From contig OX597823.1 in the NCBI GenBank assembly GCA_951406725.2, forward strand, positions 558,001-622,000: a stretch of DNA of 64,000 nt. Reading direction: 5' to 3'. Positions 1 to 10,632 of this stretch are shown here, in pieces (position 1 is the stretch's first letter; each line of letters opens with the position of its first letter). The stretch is from Octopus vulgaris (taxonomy: Eukaryota). The translations under genes and the position numbers were made by a program. A model generated the notes under the pieces. That model was not told where the DNA came from, searched no databases, and saw nothing but the letters and a program-made list of their open reading frames with translations.

Positions 1-993
1 GTATCGTTGGTCTACTATGAGTATTCATGGTGACCACATACCCTGCCTAAACATTAGCCGTGACAATTACTGGACTACCGATGGCATGGGAGTTAAAACC
101 CTTGTAACAACTTGTGTCGAACTAAAACTATTTTTACAATATCTTAAATAACATTTATTCTATAACTGATGTAGCAAACTTTATGGAACTTTTGATAAAA
201 CTGAAAGCATTATTCATGAGGTGTTTGTTTGTGAATGTCTGCAGTGAATATGGGCCACAAATAAGGCATTCTCTAGTTCAGGATTATGAAGCTGTAGAAT
301 TAATTGACAAACAACTGACAACTAGATGCCCATTCTAGTCATAGATACAATTTCATTTCACATTAATATTTCCCAAGCCTGGCTTGTTAGCCTAACTCTA
401 ACCCTTCTCATTTCCCTCCATCCCAGACAGACTCCAAACCCCAACCACTAAAAATAAAATAAAAACGTGAAAATCCTAATTGTTTTTACAACAGCCTCTT
501 CTGCCCTCTTACTGAACCCATCCTCAACAGTCAATCAGCCCAAAAGCTACTTGTATATAATTAACATTCTATGTCCGGTTACACTTTTTAAATGTTATTA
601 TCTCTTATTAACTGTACTATTAATTTCTGTATCTGAGTTAAATCAAACCCCATTTCAACGCCTATACTATGCTATTGTATACAATAATAATAGATCCTTA
701 TCTTAAATGTCAGTCATCACCAATAAAATAACATTCATTGATCCAAAGCTATTCAGCATTACTGCAGCAGCATCTCTGAGACTTTTCCACCAGCCTCTTT
801 CTATCTGTCTCCAGCCTTGCCAGTCTAACCACACGCAACACCATCAACACCCTTCCTACACATATTTCTCATTTCCAACATTTTCTATGCTCTGATTTAA
901 TTAACTTTTACAAATTCTACTAATGACCTAACTTTATCTGACCTTTCTTACATAATATATATTGTATTGATATTGCATACACACACCTATATA

Positions 994-1066
<73 letters not shown>

Positions 1067-1456
1067 GTGTGTGTATGTATGTGTGTATATATATAAATGT
1101 GCATGTATAAGAGAGAGAGAGAGAGAGAGAGAGAGACCAGTCACAGCTTTGCAGAAGAGTAGCTACATTGGAGGTGGAATAGATATAAAAACTATTTTTG
1201 GCAAACTACAGCCATATTGAGAAGGAATAAATGTATTAAATTTTGTACGCTTTACAGTTACAATGATGAAATTCAATGAAATTATTTTAATTAGATAAAC
1301 AGTTTAGATTCCCCTGCTATTTTCTAAGGACAAAAAAGAAAAGCCATAATTGTTATTTATAAAGCCTGACTTTTACAAAATACTAAGTTGTTATGTTCAT
1401 GCTTTTCCCTAAAGCAATCATCATCATCATTATTATTATTATTATTATATTATTAT

Positions 1457-1588
1457 TGTGGCTGGCCACAGGGGGTGGGTGTTACTGAAGCTTTTAGCCC
1501 CAGGAGATCGTCGTCTCCAGCTGGCTTTAGACGATGATCTCCTGGGGCTAAAAGCTTCAGTAACACCCACCCCCTGTGGCTAGCCACA
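1457..1588. repeat. Near-perfect 60-bp inverted repeat (fold-back hairpin, 12-nt loop)
   Basis: Arm 1457-1516 is the reverse complement of arm 1529-1588 with 2 mismatches, both G:T. Loop ccagctggcttt. Flanked by (ATT)n/(TAT)n tracts. Confidence 0.95.
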
Positions 1589-1767
1589 TTCAGATGGCTA
1601 TTACACTTTACGTTGTCGAGCGGTTACTGTTTACATCTCGTTCGGAGATTTATTACTATATTATTATTATTATTATATTATTATATTATTACTATATTAT
1701 TATTATTACTATATTATTGTTATTATTATTATTATTATTATTATATTATTATTATTACTATATTATT

Positions 1768-3135
1768 ATCATCATCATCATCGTTTAATGTCCGTTTTCT
1801 GCGCTAGCATGGGTTGGACGGTTCGACCGGGGTCTGGGAAGCCAGGGGCTGCTCCAGGCTCCAGTCTGATCTGGCAGAGTTTCTACGGCTGGATGCCCTT
1901 CCTAACGCCAACCACTCCGCGAGTGTAGTGGGTGCTTTTTACGTGCCACCTGCACAGGTGCCAGGGGGGGTCCGGCATCGGTCACGATCGGTTGGAGCTT
2001 TTAACGTACCAGCGGCACGGAAGCCAGCCAAGGCGAGCTGGCAACGTTCGGATGGTCTTTTTATGTGCCACCGGCACAGGAGCCAGTTGGGGCGGCGCTG
2101 GCATCGGCCACGTTCGGATGGTGCTTTTTATGTGCCACCGGCACAGGAGCCAGTTGGGGCGGCGCTGGCATCGGCCACGTTCGGATAGTGCTTTTTATGT
2201 GCCACCGGCACAGAAGCCAGTCGGGGCGGCGCTGGCATCGGCCACGTTCGGATAGTGCTTTTTATGTGCCACCGGCAAAGGCATCACAACTACTCTTTCC
2301 ATTGATATTTATTTCGACGTTCATGTTCATGTACTTGACTCAACAGATCTCCTCAAGCACAGCGAGACGTTCTGGGTTCCGGGGTACTTTGAATGGGCAG
2401 GGGCTATGCGGAACTGATGCAGGAAGCAGCCCGGGTCTTTGCAGTCACGGCATATCTCCAGAGATCTCGGTCCTTCGCCATTGCCTCAGTGAGGCCCAAT
2501 GCTCTGAGGTCATGCTTGACTACCTCATCCCATGTCTTCCTGGGTCTACCTCTCCCCCTGATACTTTCAACTGTTTGGGAGTGGCACTTCTTCACACATC
2601 TCTCCTCATCCATCCACAGCACATGACCATACCATCGCAAGCGTCGCTCTTGCACACCACATCTGATGCTTCTTATATCCAGCATTTCTCTCAGGGTGCT
2701 TACACTCTGTCGTGTGTGCACACTGACATTACACATCCAGCGGATCATGCTAGCTTCATTTCTTTCAAGTCTACGCATGTCCTCTGCAGTCACAGCCCAT
2801 GTTTCACTACCGTGAAGCATGGCAGTTCGCACACATGCATCATACAATCTACCTTTCACTCTGAGGGAGAGACCCTTTGTCGCCAGTAGGGGTAGGAGCT
2901 TTCTGAACTTTGCGCAGGCTATTCGTATTCTAGTGGTGATACTCTCTGTGAATCCACCTTCACTACTAACTTGGTCACCCAGGTAGCGGAAACTATCAAC
3001 TACTTCTAGTTTCTCTCCCTGGAGTGTGATGGAATCTGTTTTCTGAGTGTCTGTGGTGTCTATTGTCCCTGTGCATCTGCCGCACATGAAAGCTATCTTA
3101 TCTGTTAATTTCCTTTTAATGTTGCTGCACCTGTT
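1768..3135 (-). mobile_element. RTE-clade LINE, 5'-truncated copy A (RT C-terminus, 3' UTR with tandem array, (GAT)n tail)
   Basis: ORF 2404-3087(-) has RTE C-terminal motifs FRYLG, RIRIA, MLHGSETW, RRLRWYGHV, RGRGRPRKTW. The 3' UTR ends in (GAT)n at 1768-1782. Confidence 0.93.
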
Positions 3136-3380
3136 GTGCGTCCTATTATTATTATTATTATTATATTATTATTATTACTATATTATTATTATTATTATTA
3201 TTATTATATTATTACTATATTATTATTATTATTATATTATTATTATAATATTATTATTATTACTATATTATTATTATTATTATTATTATTATATTATTAC
3301 TATATTATTATTATTATTATTATTATTACTATATTGTTATTATTATTATTATTGTTATTATTATTATTGTTATAATTACA

Positions 3381-3590
3381 GGAAGTGAGCTGGCAGAATT
3401 GTTAGCACACTGGACAACATGCTTAGTGGCATTTTGTCTGTTTTTAAGTTCTGAGTTCAAATTCTGCTGAGGTCAAGTTTGCCTTTAATCCTTTTGGGAA
3501 CAATAAAATAAGTGCCATTTGAGCAGTGGAGTTGATGGAATTAACTGGCAGCTTCTCCCAAAATTTTTGGCCTTTTGCCTATACTACACA
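3381..3590 (+). mobile_element. tRNA-derived SINE with Nin/Deu-like central domain (family 1)
   Basis: GAGCTGGCAGAATTGTTAGC head, GAGTTCAAATTC B-box-like motif, GCCTTTAATCCTTTTGGG...AATAAGTGCCA core. Many homologues in the window. Confidence 0.8.
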
Positions 3591-3626
3591 TTGTGGATTT
3601 TTATTGTTTCTTTTTTAATTTTGTTA

Positions 3627-3740
3627 GTCTTGTTTACACGCAAAACCCTCACAACAACACATACACACATTCTTTGTTTTGTCCTGTTCTGTCCATAATG
3701 TTTTTTTTAGTGTAAACCCTTGTGGTTAATCAAGAAATCA
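3627..3740 (+). mobile_element. Short Tx1/L1-like 3'-end fragment (second copy at ~18190-18302)
   Basis: A ~115 bp sequence ending TGTAAACCCTTGTGGTTAAT(C/A)AAGAAATC occurs twice. The end resembles the 3' end of the Tx1-like relic at 28085. Confidence 0.55.
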
Positions 3741-4458
3741 TTATTATTATTATTATTATCATTATTGGTTTTAAATAAGAAATGGCAGCAACATATGATA
3801 AGTGAATAACTTTCTGTGAATCTGCCGAGAGTTGGTGAGAAGATGAGACAAGAGACCGCTGCAACTTGAACCCCCCCCCTGAACTGGAAGCATCCAAGTT
3901 GGTTTTGTGGAATCTGCTTCATGGTGATGTAAGAAGAGGTAAAACATTGACTCACCTACGTCAACAACTTGCCTGGAATGTATCCAGGATCGCAAGGCAG
4001 TGACCATGGAAGAATAATAAAGAATCAGGAGAGGGAAGGACTAAATAATGCCTTGTGGTATTTCATAACAACTCTCTACTTTTTGAATTCAAATTGAGCC
4101 AAGGTCAACTTTACGGCTCACCTTTCTGGAAGTGTTAAAATAAAGTTGGGGGTGAAGGGGGGTCAATATTGTATGTTCCCTTCCCCAAATTTAGGGCACA
4201 GTACCAATGTAAGAAATCAGTGTAAATTATTGTTAGGTCTGCTCGCAGAATTGTTAATGCATTGGACAAAATGCTTACAAGCAGTATGTTCTTCTTCCAG
4301 TTCTTTAGGCCTGAGTTCAAATCCTGCTGAAATCAACTTTGCCTTGCATCCTTTTGGGATAAATAAAATAAGAACTGGAACTGTTGTAAGCAACTCCCCA
4401 CTCCCTTCGAAATGACTGGTTTTGTGGCAAAACTAGGAACCATTGTTATTATTTGGTG

Positions 4459-4489
<31 letters not shown>

Positions 4490-4869
4490 GAGGAGGAGGC
4501 AGTGGTAGTCATAACAGAAGCAATTTTTCAGCTTAGGTTTAAGGCTAGTTTTATAAAGGAAACAATTCAAGTGAACTGAAAGAGCTCTAGTGATTACTGA
4601 TCCTTTTTCAGGTCTCAGAAAACCCTTTGTCTTGAAGTCTTTTACTGCTTTCAGTCACTGAGCTACAGCCAAGTCAGAGCATCACATTCCAGAGTGATCG
4701 CGTCAGCCACTGAACTTATTCTCTTAATCTAAGAAGGAAGAAAGTTAAAACATGAACCTGGACAGCTTTGAACTCAAATGGCTAATTTTGTCACAATTTA
4801 AATATTTCGAGAATCCAGATAAGTAAAAAAAACAATAACAGAAGGTTATTTGAAATTTAAACTCCACTT

Positions 4870-5115
4870 TTTTATGTGCTAGCGCAATGTAAAAAGTACA
4901 TATGCCACATAAAAAGCACTCAGTACTGATGCCGTGTGAAAAGCATTTACTACACTTTGTAAAGGCATTGATATTAGAAAGAGCATCTGGTGAAGGAAAC
5001 AATGTCAAAATAGGAAATTGCAGCTTGGTGCAGTCCTCTGAGTTGCCAGTTCTTGTCAAACAGTCCAACCCATGCCAGCATGGAAAATAGATGTTAAATG
5101 ATGGTGGTAATGACA
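4870..5115 (+). mobile_element. Degraded RTE 3'-tail fragment
   Basis: AAAAGCAC units, GGCATTGATATTAGAAAGAGCATC and GTCCAACCCATGCCAGCATGGAAAATAGATGTTAAATGATG match the RTE 3' end. Confidence 0.7.
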
Positions 5116-5599
5116 ACACTTTTTCAATTTGAAGAAGTGACTGGTACTGGGCATTTTGTTATCTTTTCACCGAGAAGCTAAACCGAAAGAATATTCTGGA
5201 ATTAAATGAAACTGATAACAACAAAACTAAAAAAAAGGAAAGGAAATATTGGAAATAAGCACAAAAGATTCTGCAGAAACACCATCATCAACATCATTGT
5301 TATTTAAGAGATCCAGTTGCCATCATAGCTTAGAATTTAGTCCAAACCTACATTTTCAAAATAGACTGACAGTAAAGAATGTAAGATAAATAATGCACAA
5401 GGATTACCCTTACCACTGAAGGCAGTGGATATCAGAATTAGTCAAATAGTACACAAAATGCTTTGCAGTATTTGATTAATATCCCAAATTCAGTCCCAAC
5501 ATATATTTTAAACTTCTAGATTTAATAAACCTCAGAAATATTGTTAATAAATGGAGTCAACTATACTCAGGCTTGCGCCAATATGAAAAAATATTAAAA

Positions 5600-6098
5600 T
5601 GCTAATGGCTCTCATGGCTTCTGATCTTAAGTCTTGGTGTAAAAGATGAGCTACAGCAAATATTTTGATCAATACCACAGATTTGGTTGTCAGTTGTTTG
5701 ACCATAACCAGTTGAGCATGTCCCTTAGTGGATGACGATATGTGCATCTCTGATCATTGAGTAGAAGTAGTGGGTGAGCATCATAGTCATGGGTTGAGAG
5801 GAATTTTGTGGGGTTTGAATTATTCACTCTGGAAACACGAGTGTTTCATTCAGCATCCTTAAACAACCCTCATTCAGAGACTTTTTGAGTGGGATCGAAC
5901 TGAAGAAAATTCTAACTGGGCCCCACCTGCAAGGTCATGCCCTTTTTATCGTGATATGAAATCATCATGTAGCACACATATGGTTGTGATGCATGTGTCT
6001 GGTGTAGCATTAGCAGATGGGTAGTCATGATGGGTATATTGGACTTCATATATTTGTACCCCAGTGTCACTTTGATGGCATGTGTGGCTCTCTCACCC
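5600..6098 (+). mobile_element. Unclassified ~570-bp dispersed repeat ending in (AAT)n (inverted copies at 42990-43210 and 43224-43780)
   Basis: Directly alignable to the reverse complement of 43224-43780 (e.g. GAAGAAAATTCTAACTGGGCCCCACCTGCAAGGTCATGC). No ORF. Confidence 0.8.
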
Positions 6099-6140
<42 letters not shown>

Positions 6141-6867
6141 CATCTGTGTTGCCCAAGAGCAAGCACTAAGAACAAACTACATAAAATACAGAAAAGACAG
6201 CACAGCATAAAGTGATAAGTGCAGAATCTGTGGACAAAACGGTGAATTCGCATGGCATATTACCAGCCAATGTATGCTACTAGCGCAGAAGGAATATAAG
6301 AGACACCACGACAATATAGCCAGGCTTGTCCATTCGACACTTTACAACAAAGTATGGATTTGACAGAGCAAAAAATTGGTATGACCACAAACCTGAAGGC
6401 ATTATCGAAAATGGAAATGCAAAGATCCTATGGGATTTTGTGATTCAATGTGACCATGGGATAGAGAAGAGGAAGCCAGACATAGTCTTATTTGAGTAAG
6501 AAAACAAACTATGCTGGATCATAGACATAGCATGCTTAAGTGACAACAAGGTATGCGATAAGGAAGAAAGAAAAGTCGAGAGATATGACAGGTTAGCTTG
6601 GGAAGGTAAGCAGTTGTGATCGATGAAAAATGTAGCAGCAGTATCAATAATTGTCGAAGCCTTGGGAACAATGAGCAAAAATCTCGAGAAGTACGTGGAA
6701 CAAATAGGGACTGCAATAAGGGTGGAACACTTGCAGAAAACAGCACTGCTTGGATCCGCTCGAATACTCCGGAAGGTGCTCGAAAAATAAGAGGTGTTAC
6801 CTTAGTTCACTGGTAGTGAACAGCTGACACTGTAGTACATCTCCAACGTTAGAAGCTGTGCAAAGGC
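6141..6867 (+). mobile_element. R4/Dong-like non-LTR retrotransposon, 5'-truncated (CCHC knuckle + restriction-like endonuclease), in (AAT)n
   Basis: Degraded translation AQEQALRTNY..KCRICGQNGEFAWHITSQC..AQKEYKRHHDNIA..KPDIV..IIDIA..LQKTALLGSARILRKVLEK*. (AAT)n lies on both sides (6099-6140 and 6868-6907). Confidence 0.88.
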
Positions 6868-7107
6868 AATAATAATAATAATAATAATAAAAATAATAAT
6901 AATAATAAAAATAAAGAGACTCTGTGAGACCTCTGACAACAGGCTGCTGTCCACTCCCATAGACCTAACAAGAGCAAACAAGACTAAGTGCTCTGAAAAG
7001 TAAAATGACAACAATGACCTTAGTCTGCAAGCTGTGGGCAGCTGACACTTTCCATCATATCCAATAAAATAAGCTGTGAGTTTTCATCAAATAATAATGA
7101 TGATGAT

Positions 7108-7490
7108 GGTTTCAAATTTTGGCACTAGGCCAGAAATTTAAGGAGAAGGGGTAAGCCAATGACATTAACCCCAGTGTTCAACTGGTACTTATTTTATTGA
7201 CTCCAAAAGGATGAAAGGCAAAGTCAACCTCAGTAGAATTTGAAATCAGAACATAAAGATGGACCAAATGCCACTGAATATTCTCTTGGCTCACTGCCCC
7301 AAGGCCCCAAATTTGGTAATTGGCTATAGGAATCAACTGATCCTTGGTTTTATCAACCCTAGAAGGATGAGCAGTAAAGTTAACCCTGACAGGGTTCTGA
7401 CCTCAGAAATTGAAAAGCTTTAACAAAATACCATAGTATTTTGTCTAACACTCTAATGATTCTGCCATTCAATTAGCCTTTTACTAATAG

Positions 7491-7538
<48 letters not shown>

Positions 7539-7770
7539 GAAAACAACAACAACAGCAATGGCTTCAAATTTTGGTACAGAACCAGCAATTTTAGAGTGGG
7601 AGGGGATCAGTTGATTACATTAACCCCAGTACTTGACTGGTACTTATTTTATCTACCAAGAAAGGATGAAAGGCAAAGGTGATTCAATGGGATTTGAACT
7701 CAGAATGTAAAGAGGCAAAAGAAATGCTGCTAAACATTTTGCCTGATGCCATGCTAATGATTCTGCCAGT
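7108..7770 (-). mobile_element. Cluster of family-1 (Nin/Deu-like) SINE copies
   Basis: Reverse-strand CTGGTACTTATTTTAT..GGATGAAAGGCAAAG..TTTGAA(A/C)TCAGAA at ~7180-7250 and ~7635-7705, plus a degraded copy between them. Confidence 0.75.
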
Positions 7771-8129
7771 AGGAAATGAATGAATCTATTGAATTCAATC
7801 TGCCATTTTCTAAATTCAAATTCCTCTAGGGTTAGTTAATTAATACCTGAGGTCAAATTAACTACATTTTTAGCCTAGTACAAAAACTTTTTTGTATCAG
7901 GTAAAGAAAATTTCACAATTCTGAGAAAGCCCTTAGAAAATAAACAAATATGGAAACTTATCCATTTATTTTAAACCTGAGGTTAGATGTTGAATTTCGA
8001 AACCCCAAACGCATGAATAAAGACCCTTAATATGAGCATATCAATTTAAAATTGAATCTCTCACTATCAGCTTGTTTAGCTACTACTATTAGTAGCAGTA
8101 GAAGAAAGGATTAGTATCATTATTATTAA

Positions 8130-8560
8130 GGTGGCGAGCTGGTAGAATCGTTAGCATGCTGGGTGGTATTTTGTCCGTATTCACGTTCTGAGTTCAAATT
8201 CTACCGAGGTCAACTTTGCTTTTCATCCCTTTTGGGGTTGATAAATTAAGTACCAGTTGAGCACTGGGGTTGATGTAATCAACTTGACCCCTCCCCTGAA
8301 ATTTCAGGCCTTGTGCCTTTAGCAGAAAGGATTATCATTATTATTATTATTTTTAGTGGCAAGATGGCAGAATCATTAGCACACCAGTTGAAAAGTTTAG
8401 TGACATTTCATTTATCTTTACATTCTGAGTTCAAATTCCACCGGGGTCGACTTCTTTCCGAGTCGATAAAATAAGTACCAGTTGAGCACTGCAGTTGGTT
8501 TAATTGACTTAACTCCTCCCCACAAAACTGCTGGCCTTGTGCCAGAATTTGAAATCATTA
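8130..8560 (+). mobile_element. Two tandem family-1 SINEs (8130-8332 well preserved; 8356-8560)
   Basis: GGTGGCGAGCTGGTAGAATCGTTAGC..GAGTTCAAATTC..TTTCATCCCTTTTGGGGTTGATAAATTAAGTACCAG; (ATT)n tails. Confidence 0.85.
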
Positions 8561-8589
8561 TTATTATTATTATTATTAGTCTTAGTAAG

Positions 8590-9560
8590 TGGGGGGGGGG
8601 CAGACAAATTACAAATCCCTTTGGGTAGATGGCCTTGCTTGATCTGTAGAAAAGGTGTAGGTAGAAACTCCATAAGAAGTACCTGGTGTAAGGTATGGAT
8701 ACGTAAGAGGTGCAGAGAGCTCCTACCTCTGCTGACAACAAAGGGTTTCTCCTTCAGAGTGAAAGGTAGATTGTACGATGCCTGCATGTGAACAACTGTG
8801 CTTACATGGTAATGAAACAGGTTGTGACAGCTGAGGACATGTGTAGGTTTGAAAGAAACGAAGCCAGTACGCTTCATTGGATGAGCAATGTCAGTGTGCA
8901 TGTACAACAAAGTGTAATCATCTTGAGAGAAAAGTTGGGCATAAGAGGCATCAGGAACGGTGGGTAAGGGAGACGACTGCGCTGGTATGGTCATGTGATG
9001 CATATGGATGAGGACAGCTGTGTAAAGAAGTGCCAATCTCTAACTGTGGAGGGAACATGTGGTAGAGGTAGACCTAGGAAGACATGGGATGAGATGGTGA
9101 AGCATGATTCTTCAAAATTTGGGCCTCACAGAGGAAATGACCAGTGATCAAGACCTTTGGTGATATGCAGTGCTTGAGAAGACCCGTGCAGCCAAGTGTA
9201 ATCATAATCATGGCTGATGCTGGTGTCACACAACTGGCATGTAAAAAGCACCTTTCAAGCATTGGGCCTCACAGAGACAAAGTGACTGATGCTGAAGGCA
9301 TGTGAAAAGGTCCTTTCAAGTGTTGGGCCTCACACAAGCAATGACAAATGACCGAGACCTTGGCATTATGCTGTGCTTGAGAAGAAGACCCATCAAGCCA
9401 AGTAAAATCACAGTCATGGCAGGTACCAGTGTCACACAAATGGCACCCATGCCAGTGGCACGTCAAAGCACCCATTACACTCTCGGAGTAGTTAGCATTA
9501 GGAAGGGCATCCAGCCATAGAAACCATGTCAAATCAGACTAGAGTCTGGTGCAGCCTTCC
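8590..9560 (+). mobile_element. RTE-clade LINE, older internally deleted copy D
   Basis: GRWPCLICRKGVGRNSIRSTWCKVWIRKRC is joined directly to RELLPLLTTKGFSFRVKGRLYDAC. Continues through RLRWYGHV and the 3' UTR with AGGAAGGGCATCCAGCC. Confidence 0.85.
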
Positions 9561-9796
9561 AGACATTAACTAATGATGATAATGATGAAGGTAGTGAGCT
9601 GACAGAATCATTAGCACAGCAGACAAAATGCTTTGTGGTATTTTGTCCATCTTTACATTAACTGTTCAAATTCTGTCATGGCCGATTTAGCCTTTCATCC
9701 TTCTCCAGGTGCCAATGTAATTGATTAGATCATTCCACCAGAATTTCAGGCCTTTACTAGAAAGGATCATTATTAGTATTTGCTTGTTATTATCTC

Positions 9797-10155
9797 TCTA
9801 TCTTTTACTTGTTTCAGTCATTAGACTGCAGCCATCCTGGGGCAGCACCTTGATAAGTTTTAGTCAAATGAATCAATCCCAGCACTTCTGTTTCTGGCAT
9901 TTTTTCAGTTGGTCTCTTTTGCTGAACCACTAGGTTATGGGGACCTAAACACACCAACACTAGTTGACAAGTAGTAGGGGACAAATTCAAATATCTATAT
10001 AATGAGCTTCTTTCAGTTTCTGTCTACCATATCTACTCACAAGGCTTTGGTTGGTTTCAGGCTATAGTAGAGGACACTTGCCCAAGATGCCATGCAGTGG
10101 GACTGAACCTGGAACCATGTGATTATGAAGCAAACTCCTGACCACGCAGCCATGG
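9797..10155 (-). mobile_element. tRNA-derived SINE family 2 (CORE-like CTTGGGCAAG block, CR1-like 3' tail)
   Basis: Reverse strand reads GGTTCAGTCCCACTGC..CTTGGGCAAGTGTC..CTATAGCC..GGTGCTGCCCCAGGATGGCTGCAG..GACTGAAACAAGTAAAAG. Confidence 0.8.
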
Positions 10156-10419
10156 CTGGGGAAATTTGAGAAATGTCACAACTTGGCATTTCTTAAGGTT
10201 GTGTAAGTTAAAATCCAATTAAAATAATCTCATAAGAACATCTAACTCATTATAACCTAAACAATTAGTGCTGTAGCCTCTTAACAATAGACCCTTTTAT
10301 ACATTGAGCCTAATATATAAAATGCATACAGAGGAATAGACAAAACTCTTAAAGCCATGCAAACCAAGAATAAGTCAATCTTAACTTTATATTAGTAATT
10401 CAATATTATTGTTAAACAT

Positions 10420-10632
10420 TGGTTTCAAATTTTGACATAAGACCAGAATTTCAGGGAAGAGGGTAAGGTTTTTACATCAGCCTCAGTGCATAACTGGTAC
10501 TTATTTTATCAACCCCGAAAGGATGAAAGGCAAAGCTGGCCTCAACTGAATTTCAACTCAGAACATAAAGACAGATAAAATACCGCAAAGAATTTTGCCT
10601 GGAGTGCTAACAATTCTGCCAACTGCCACCTT
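10420..10632 (-). mobile_element. Family-1 SINE
   Basis: CTGGTACTTATTTTATCAACCCCGAAAGGATGAAAGGC..GCTAACAATTCTGCCAACTGCCACC. Confidence 0.8.

Noticed and set aside
2-151. Open plus frame at the window edge (YRWSTMSIHGDHIPCLNISRDNYW..LK*)
   Set aside because: Truncated by the window edge, no recognisable motif, and the strand cannot be decided.
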